48,245 nucleotides of DNA from Dehalococcoidia bacterium. GTDB lineage: Bacteria; Chloroflexota; Dehalococcoidia; UBA2247; RBG-13-53-26. Below are positions 42,105 to 48,245 of the stretch, piece after piece. The notes below the pieces were generated by a model. The model saw nothing but the letters and a program-made list of their open reading frames with translations, ran no database searches and was not told the origin of the DNA. Position 1 is the stretch's first letter. Each line of letters opens with the position of its first letter. The stretch covers positions 1 to 48,245 of the forward strand of contig JAFGCL010000066.1 in the NCBI GenBank assembly GCA_016932645.1, given 5' to 3'. The translations under genes and the position numbers were made by a program.

Positions 42105-43640
42105 TTACCCTCCGAACTCGAGCTTCACCATCTCAGTCACGATGTCAGCAGCCCACTTGTAGACATTGTTCTCCTCGACCACTGCCCGCATCCGGCGCAT
42201 GCGACGCTGCCTTTCTGCCAGCGGCATCTCCAGGGCCTCCTTCATCGCTGCGGCGAAATGGTCAGTGGCATAGGGATTCACCATAACAGCGTCACTCAGT
42301 TCCCGGGCGGCTCCCGTGAACTGGCTGAGGAGCAGAACCTTGTCCTCGTCAAAGGCGCTGGCCACGAACTCCTTGGCTACCAGGTTCATGCCATCATGGA
42401 GAGAGCTGACTACGGCGAAGTCGGCCAGGCGCCGCAGTGCCATTACCGTCAGGGGTGAGAGAGGCCCCCGAAGATCGATAATTGGCTTCCAGCGATCCGA
42501 TTCGTACTTCCAGTTGATCTTATCAATTAGGCTATCGATCTCGTCATTGATTCTCCTGTAGGCCGGGACATGGACGCGGCTGGGCACACCGGTCTGTATG
42601 AATACGACACGGTTCCGGTAGTCAGGATATCGCTCCAGAAACCGCTCAACGGCCCGAAGCCTGTCCGGTATACCCTTGGTGTAGTCGATCCTGTCCAACC
42701 CCATGCCGACGAACCTGTCCTTCAGTTCCAGGCTCTTCGTGAGCCTCGCCATCTCGGCTTCCACTTCCGCCCCCCGAGCCCTCCGAGATACGTCCTCGAA
42801 GTCTACACTGATGGGGAAGGGACGAATAGCAGTCTTCTCGCCTCCGTGCGTTGCCTCATACCTGTCACGGTCCACCCTGGCCTCGATGGTTCGATCAAGG
42901 GTATCCAGGAAGTTGTTGCAGTGGTATCGGAGATGGAAGCCCAGGAGATGGTTGCCCAGCAGCCCTTTCAAGATGTCCTCCTGCCAGGGACAAACCCGGA
43001 AGGCCTCCGGGTTAGGCCATGGAATATGCCAGAACTGCGCAATGATGAGGTTGGGGTTCGCCTCGCGCAGCAAGCGCGGCAGGAGCGTGAGATGGTAGTC
43101 CTGGACAAAGACGAAGGCCTTGCTGTCGCCCACCTCCTCGAGCACAACCTGGGCAAAGCGCTCGTTGACTGCTCTGTAGGTATTCCATTCGGCTTCTTTG
43201 AAAGTCGGCCGGGTGTAGGCTATATGGCACAGCGGCCAGAGCGCATCGTTGGAGAAGCCATAGTAGTAGCCATCCTCCTCTTCTTTGGTAAGCCAGACCC
43301 GCCTGAGAGTGTAGCTTGGGTCATCCGGTGGCACCTGAACGCGATCACTTTCGTCTACGGTCTCCCTATCGGCATTCCCACTGCCATGGGCTATCCAGGT
43401 ACCTCCGCACGCTCGCATGATAGGATCAAGCGCCGTGGTCAAGCCGCTGGGAGGCATGTCACACTGGATGGCGCCGGAGACACGGCTGTGAACATACGGC
43501 TCCCGATTGGAAACCACCAGAAGGAGGTGGTCCCCCAGTCTATCCCATACCAGCTGGCGTATACCATCACGCGTCCACATCCTGCAACCTCCTTCAGCCC
43601 ACACGGCATGCCAGAACCGCACGAAGGCGGAGCGGCTCAA
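42105..43640 (-). CDS. otsA: alpha,alpha-trehalose-phosphate synthase (GT20)
   Basis: GT20 signatures [19 protein letters not shown] and [13 protein letters not shown]. The start could alternatively be ATG 43580. Confidence 0.9.
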   Translation of the reverse strand: MSRSAFVRFWHAVWAEGGCRMWTRDGIRQLVWDRLGDHLLLVVSNREPYVHSRVSGAIQCDMPPSGLTTALDPIMRACGGTWIAHGSGNADRETVDESDRVQVPPDDPSYTLRRVWLTKEEEDGYYYGFSNDALWPLCHIAYTRPTFKEAEWNTYRAVNERFAQVVLEEVGDSKAFVFVQDYHLTLLPRLLREANPNLIIAQFWHIPWPNPEAFRVCPWQEDILKGLLGNHLLGFHLRYHCNNFLDTLDRTIEARVDRDRYEATHGGEKTAIRPFPISVDFEDVSRRARGAEVEAEMARLTKSLELKDRFVGMGLDRIDYTKGIPDRLRAVERFLERYPDYRNRVVFIQTGVPSRVHVPAYRRINDEIDSLIDKINWKYESDRWKPIIDLRGPLSPLTVMALRRLADFAVVSSLHDGMNLVAKEFVASAFDEDKVLLLSQFTGAARELSDAVMVNPYATDHFAAAMKEALEMPLAERQRRMRRMRAVVEENNVYKWAADIVTEMVKLEFGG

Positions 43641-43655
43641 GTCTTGGCGAACTGA

Positions 43656-44873
43656 CTACAGATTAATCATGTCCTCATTGTGATCGAGCGCTATGAACAG
43701 CAGCAGGTAGTCCCGAATGTGGCGGGTCAGCAGGAAGTTCTGCCTCACATGCTCTTTCCCGTTCTCTCCCAGCGAGCGTGCAAATTCCGGATTACTGAGA
43801 AGCTGCCGGAGGGCATAGGCAGTTCCTTCGACATCGTGGGACAGCAACCCCGTGATCTTATGCTTCACCTGGAGGGGAATTCCGCCTACTGCCGAGGCCA
43901 CTACGGGTTTCGCCTTCCACAGGGCTTCGCTCACCGTGAGAGCGAAGCCCTCTTTCAGAGACTTCTGCACAATAATAGTGGATGCTCTTTGGAGGGCATT
44001 GATCTCGATGTCGGTCCTTGCCTGTCCCGATATGATGTAGATGTCACGATTGCCGCCTGCTCTCTCCTTCACTTCGGCCAAAACCTTCTCCCCCTCGGGG
44101 TCATCCGCAGCGCCGCCACCTACCAGGACCAGCGTCGCGTCAATGTGCTTCCTAACCAACTCAAAGGCCCTGATGACGCCCACCGGGTCTTTCATGTAGT
44201 CAAAACGGGAGACCTGAGTGATGATGGGTTTGTCCTGTGGGATGCCGAAGTTCCTCATCGTGGCGTCAATTATGTCCCGAGGGAGTTCCCTATTCTTGTC
44301 GCTGAGCGGGTCGATGGAGGGCGAGATGAGAAACTGCCGGATGGGGAGAGGCCCTGAGAAAGCCGGGGCGGAGAAGACGGCAGCGTCGTAACGCACTATG
44401 AATTGTTTCAAGAACTGCCACACCACCTCGTCCGGCCTTGAGACGTCTATGTGACAGCGCCATATCCACTTCTTACCCATCTGCGTCTTTTGCTCAACCA
44501 GCGCTGCCGGTTGAGGGTCGTGGATGAAGAGGATGTCCCCATAGAGATCCATCTCCTTCAGGTTCCCGCGGTTCGTCTCCATGTAGACCGCCAGGTCCTG
44601 CTCCGAAATGGCCTCCTTTCGCCCGTGCAGCGCGTTGTGGAACTTCTTCGTTACCTGAAAGAAGTCGGGGTTGCCCTTGATGACGTTCCAGCGGGCATCG
44701 ACGCCCAGATCCTGCAGCAGCGGTATCATTCGGTTCAGGATCTCGGCTACTCCACCCCCGACGGACGTGGAATTGATGTTCTGAATGATCTTGCCAGACA
44801 GCTTGGAACCAAGGAGCCTCAACTCCTCTATAGAACTCCGGCCCACGATAGGCTCGTAGTCAGTTATCCTCAC
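43656..44873 (-). CDS. GT4-type glycosyltransferase, TreT-like / trehalose-synthase-complex GT-like
   Basis: N-terminal NSTSVGGGVAEILNRMIPLLQDLGVDARWNVIKG...FFQVTKKFHNALHG resembles archaeal TreT-type enzymes from memory. The C-terminal QKSLKEGFALTVSEALWKAKPVVAS is GT4-like. The GTG start overlaps the msc stop (GTGA). Confidence 0.75.
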   Translation of the reverse strand: MRITDYEPIVGRSSIEELRLLGSKLSGKIIQNINSTSVGGGVAEILNRMIPLLQDLGVDARWNVIKGNPDFFQVTKKFHNALHGRKEAISEQDLAVYMETNRGNLKEMDLYGDILFIHDPQPAALVEQKTQMGKKWIWRCHIDVSRPDEVVWQFLKQFIVRYDAAVFSAPAFSGPLPIRQFLISPSIDPLSDKNRELPRDIIDATMRNFGIPQDKPIITQVSRFDYMKDPVGVIRAFELVRKHIDATLVLVGGGAADDPEGEKVLAEVKERAGGNRDIYIISGQARTDIEINALQRASTIIVQKSLKEGFALTVSEALWKAKPVVASAVGGIPLQVKHKITGLLSHDVEGTAYALRQLLSNPEFARSLGENGKEHVRQNFLLTRHIRDYLLLFIALDHNEDMINL

Positions 44874-46201
44874 CCGATCTCCTTTTCTACTATCCTTATC
44901 AGCGATGCTCTCAGGCCCTCCAACGTGTATGTGTAGGGGTCAAGATCAGAGATCTTGCGTGCCAATTCGTTCTCGCCCAAGCTGTCTGCCAGCCAGGACG
45001 AGAAATCATTCGTGCCCCTTCCCAGCCTCAGTCTCGACTCAAATACATGGAAGTAGAGGGATCCTGCGCTGAGATTCCTGAGAGCGTCCAGAAACTCCCG
45101 TATGTCGTTGGCGGTGTATGGCGTTGGCACGATCACGCTGATGGACTTCACGAAGTGGAACTCGTCTCCCTCCGCCGCTTCCCGCAGGCCGTCTCCGCGG
45201 GCAAGATAGTCCTCCACTATGCTGATGTGCCTGTCCCGCAAAGCCTGGAGAGTCGCGAAATCATAAGTGTCCACGCTGGCCAACCGCTCCGCGAGGACTT
45301 CATCGCCCAGTGCCTCATCCACCCATATCGCGAAGTCGTTCGAGGGCTGTGGTGTGAGATAATGGTGCTCTTCCAGGAAGTGGTGAGTGTGATAGTAGAC
45401 AACTGAGTCTGGCACGGTCTTCAGGATGTCGACAAACTCCCTCAGATTCCTGGCCTTGAGTCCCGTTAGCTCCTTGAGATGAGACCTGTCATGGAAACGA
45501 AATGGCTCCCTTGCCTTTTTGGTCGGACGCCCGAGATTGACTACGGTCGACCGAGCCAGCTTTCTGTTGGGAATAATGATGACACCCCCGCTTGGGCCCT
45601 TGACAATGGTACTCCGCCAGGTTATCTGGTTAACGTAGCCTTCTTCGCCGGTTTCGGTCAGCTTGATGAAGTCGCCGACGCTGTAATGGCGCGAGGTGCC
45701 TAGCTGGAGTGCAGCCACCAGATCAGGACCCACATCCCTTGCCACGAGCAAGGCGAGCAGGGTGAGAATGCCGGCAGCCAGAAGAATGGCGGTAATAGGC
45801 GCCCCCCATATTTCCAGAAGCGTCAACACCGTTATCAGGATGATGACGATCCTGGCAAGCTGCCAGACCACCTTGCTGGCCTGTTCAGATGCCTTCAGGT
45901 GCGCTCCCCATAGCCTGATGAGCCTGCCCACCATGCTGAGCAGGCAGAGAGCAAGGGAAAGTGCAAAGAGCGTCCACAATCCCTTATCCGTGGGCACTTC
46001 CCACTCGGACGGGATTCTAGAGACGGCCACCGCCAGCCACGCGGCGACAGTGAGCGCCCAGATTACTGACGGAATGCTTGTCGTCTGGCGGAGTATCTCA
46101 AACCCACCCCAACCCGTCTCCTTGGACCACTTCTGCAGCCATGACCGAGTCAACTGCCTCAGCCACAAGCCGGCGACCAGAACACAAATGCCTACCACCA
46201 C
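44870..46201 (-). CDS. MscS-family mechanosensitive channel fused to a tandem-duplicated C-terminal domain
   Basis: TM helices are followed by the MscS beta-domain VGDFIKLTETGEEGYVNQITWRSTIVKGPSGGVIIIPNRKL. Two ~100-aa mutually similar units follow (see findings). Confidence 0.8.
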   Translation of the reverse strand: MVVGICVLVAGLWLRQLTRSWLQKWSKETGWGGFEILRQTTSIPSVIWALTVAAWLAVAVSRIPSEWEVPTDKGLWTLFALSLALCLLSMVGRLIRLWGAHLKASEQASKVVWQLARIVIILITVLTLLEIWGAPITAILLAAGILTLLALLVARDVGPDLVAALQLGTSRHYSVGDFIKLTETGEEGYVNQITWRSTIVKGPSGGVIIIPNRKLARSTVVNLGRPTKKAREPFRFHDRSHLKELTGLKARNLREFVDILKTVPDSVVYYHTHHFLEEHHYLTPQPSNDFAIWVDEALGDEVLAERLASVDTYDFATLQALRDRHISIVEDYLARGDGLREAAEGDEFHFVKSISVIVPTPYTANDIREFLDALRNLSAGSLYFHVFESRLRLGRGTNDFSSWLADSLGENELARKISDLDPYTYTLEGLRASLIRIVEKEIG

Positions 46202-46281
46202 TGGAACAACAACGTCGCTCCAGTGGTCACTCAGCCAGTCGATGGTGACTCTCCTTCGTTTGACCTGTCATGGCTTCAGGC

Positions 46282-47907
46282 CTACTTCGCTCCACCGTGC
46301 TTGCCTGAACCTATCACTGATGCCATGATATCGCTGCTCGTTATGGACCCCAGCAGTTCTCCGGTGGCCTTGTCCACTACTGGGACAATGGTCATGTTTC
46401 CATCTGCCATGCGCCTCGTGACATCATCCAGAAGCTCGTCAGGCGAAGCCACGATTGGCTCCAACTCCAGCAACTCATCGATAGTGATGGTTCCCCAGCG
46501 CTCCTTATTGATGTGACGTATGTCTTTCAGATACAGGACGCCGGCGAGTGTCTTGGGGTCTTTCGTCACGACGTAGTCTGTCTGGTCCGAAGACGCCCAC
46601 AGGTCGACGAACTTCTGGACGGTGATGCCCGAATTGGGGAACTGTCGGCCACGGTCCATTATATCTTGCACGGTCTTATTATCCAAAGCGTACCTGGCAA
46701 ACGAAGGCACTACGAACTTGGGCAGCTTGGGTGTCCCTTCGGCGGCAACGTGTTCAGCCCGGCCAATAGCACGGCCCAGCACCGGGGGCACTATCAGCAG
46801 GAAGCAGATCATTATCAGCACCAGCAGCGAGAAGAGCTCTTGAGAGATGGCTTCCATGTTCAGCATGACCACCAGCAGAGCGATTTCCACGACCCCTTTC
46901 CCCATCATGCCGGAGGCAATGGCCAGTGGCTGTGTCAGGCGGGCCACTATCACCCCTACCAAAGTGCCCATGAACTTGCCGAGGACTGCCGCCAGGACCA
47001 CAGCTACTATCCACCAGGCTGGGAGGAACCTGAACGAGGAATCCAAGTAGATGCCGGCTGAAGCGAAGAACAAAGGTATGAAGAGGCCGTAGGCCAGCCC
47101 GCGCACCCCAGGCAGGATCTCAGTGCGCAAGCGATGCGGGAGGCCGGACAGAGACACACCGAGCAGAAGGGCGCCGAGCGAGCCGTGTATCCCGATCTTG
47201 TCTACCAGTCCCACGGTCAACAGCAGTCCGCCTGTAATCAACCCCATGGCTAGTTGAGGTGCGTCTATGATGCGACGCAGCCGGGCCACGAGGGGAGGGA
47301 AGACCTTGGATGCCAGTAACCACGCGACAACGGCAAATCCCGCGATCTCTGCAAGCAAGATCGGCACTGTCCACGGGGTGAAAGAGCCTTCCTCTGCTAT
47401 GGTTCTGATCGAGAAGGAGACCACCAGCAGTCCGATGATCTCCAATATGACGACGGTGGTGAATATCTCCAGGCCTAAGGGTTCTCTGAGGCGCCCCAGA
47501 TCGCTGAGGACCTTGGCTACCACACCAAGGCTGGAGAGGGCCAGTATCCCGGAAATCGCAATGGAGTTGACCATAGGCTGTTCCAGGACGCCCAGCGTGA
47601 CTGCGAAGGCGAAACCGAACGACACCAGGAAAGCCACTGTTCCGGCCAGGAAGAACCTGCCTCTGATAGTAGCAGCCAGACCAGAGACATCCATTTCCTC
47701 CACACCGATGAGGAAGAAGAGGAAGACCACGCCGATGCCGAAGAAGAGCCTGAGTTCTTCGGTAGCTTCCACCCAGCCCAAGACCGGACCCAATATGATG
47801 CCTGCTGCCACATAAGCGACGAGAGAACTCTGCCGCAACCGCGTGGCCACGCCTTCCAGAAGCTTGGCGATGATTAGAAGCAGACCAAGTGATACAAGCA
47901 GTTCCAT
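46282..47907 (-). CDS. cation:proton antiporter (CPA1/CPA2 Na+/H+ exchanger family) with C-terminal CBS pair
   Basis: 541 aa. N-terminal LLIIAKLLEGVATRLRQSSLVAYVAAGIILGP is typical of Kef/NhaP-type exchangers, with about 12 helices. The C-terminal VQDIMD...VVTKD...GVLYLKDI and IVPVVDKATGELLGSITSSDIM are CBS motifs. Confidence 0.88.
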   Translation of the reverse strand: MELLVSLGLLLIIAKLLEGVATRLRQSSLVAYVAAGIILGPVLGWVEATEELRLFFGIGVVFLFFLIGVEEMDVSGLAATIRGRFFLAGTVAFLVSFGFAFAVTLGVLEQPMVNSIAISGILALSSLGVVAKVLSDLGRLREPLGLEIFTTVVILEIIGLLVVSFSIRTIAEEGSFTPWTVPILLAEIAGFAVVAWLLASKVFPPLVARLRRIIDAPQLAMGLITGGLLLTVGLVDKIGIHGSLGALLLGVSLSGLPHRLRTEILPGVRGLAYGLFIPLFFASAGIYLDSSFRFLPAWWIVAVVLAAVLGKFMGTLVGVIVARLTQPLAIASGMMGKGVVEIALLVVMLNMEAISQELFSLLVLIMICFLLIVPPVLGRAIGRAEHVAAEGTPKLPKFVVPSFARYALDNKTVQDIMDRGRQFPNSGITVQKFVDLWASSDQTDYVVTKDPKTLAGVLYLKDIRHINKERWGTITIDELLELEPIVASPDELLDDVTRRMADGNMTIVPVVDKATGELLGSITSSDIMASVIGSGKHGGAK

Positions 47908-48104
47908 TTGAGAGTGCGATTCCTCCGGAAAGTCTGGCTTCCGGGTATGACCTAATCAGATTATGTCAGAGCGACGCGCGATAGGCAATGGTCTGTGCTT
48001 CTGAGAAGAAGAAACCGACATGATGCACTGCCGAGTCTGGCCCGGATAGTATGCGGGGCCCGCGCGCTGGAGAGGACTGCACCTTGGCCACGTAGCAGTC
48101 GCTG

Positions 48105-48245
48105 CTATGCGCCGCGAACCTTCTCACGAGGTCCGACCATCAAGATGGGGATAGTGCTGGCCCTGAATACTTTGTCGGCCACGCTGCCCAGAGCCCAGCG
48201 GCCAAGTCCGGAGCGGCCATGGCTGGCCATGACAATGATCTCACA
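48105..48245 (-). CDS. universal stress protein (UspA family), C-terminal fragment truncated by the window edge
   Basis: Manual translation of the minus strand gives CEIIVMASHGRSGLGRWALGSVADKVFRASTIPILMVGPREKVRGA* (stop at 48105-48107), matching the Usp ATP-binding C-terminal motif (G-x-H-G-R-S-G...GSV). It is absent from the ORF track because it is partial. Confidence 0.6.
   Translation of the reverse strand, partial: CEIIVMASHGRSGLGRWALGSVADKVFRASTIPILMVGPREKVRGA

Noticed and set aside
42570-43655. 361-aa plus-strand ORF antisense to otsA (and 43680..44357, 45696..46328, 21399..22109, 725..1306 antisense to other genes)
   Set aside because: The opposite strand carries unmistakable GT20, GT4, MscS, radical-SAM or SDR signatures. 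These are GC-driven shadow ORFs.
1-48245. Scan for CRISPR arrays, IS elements or transposases, integrases, tRNA or rRNA genes
   Set aside because: I saw no regularly spaced direct repeats with unique spacers, no DDE or tyrosine-recombinase-like ORFs, no terminal inverted repeats flanking a gene, and no tRNA-like cloverleaf candidates. The by-eye scan is not exhaustive for tRNAs.

Overview
This is a densely coding bacterial window with no rRNA, tRNA, CRISPR array, transposase or integrase that I could recognise. All calls come from reading the sequence and ORF track by eye. Family names are motif-level recognition, not search results. The window has three blocks. (1) 1-7.4 kb holds an SDR epimerase, an orphan proteasome-type Ntn-hydrolase-like protein, a translationally coupled SbcD/SbcC-like (YhaO/YhaN-type) pair whose ATPase carries a membrane hairpin, and a stand-alone fabF. 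(2) 7.4-39.2 kb is a large cell-surface glycan/EPS-type locus. It encodes five GT-B glycosyltransferases, a Wzx-like flippase, a 633-aa polytopic membrane protein, a NodB deacetylase plus a second deacetylase-like protein, a GNAT, four SAM methyltransferases and two radical-SAM enzymes (one B12-binding type, one SPASM type). It also encodes an AlkP-family phosphodiesterase, a dTMP-kinase-like P-loop protein, a CPBP protease and a DUF1616 membrane protein. The most interesting signal lies in this block. Two paralogous giant secreted proteins (853 aa on +, 1070 aa on -) are built from 4 and 6 copies of a ~93-aa Cys-pair/DxDGD repeat plus a shared ~440-aa C-terminal domain. Each is preceded by a homologous 87-nt c-di-GMP-I (GEMM-I) riboswitch aptamer followed by an intrinsic terminator. 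The two riboswitch-gene units face each other and bracket about 17.5 kb of the glycan locus. (3) 39.2-48.2 kb is an ion/osmolyte block. It holds a CNNM/CorC-type transporter behind a structured leader with two SD-equipped mini-ORFs, an msc-gt-otsA-otsB trehalose operon whose MscS-like channel is fused to a tandem duplicated C-terminal domain, a CPA2 antiporter with a CBS pair, and a partial universal stress protein at the window edge. Upstream of the second riboswitch there is a cluster of same-strand TCACAG motifs with roughly helical-turn spacing.
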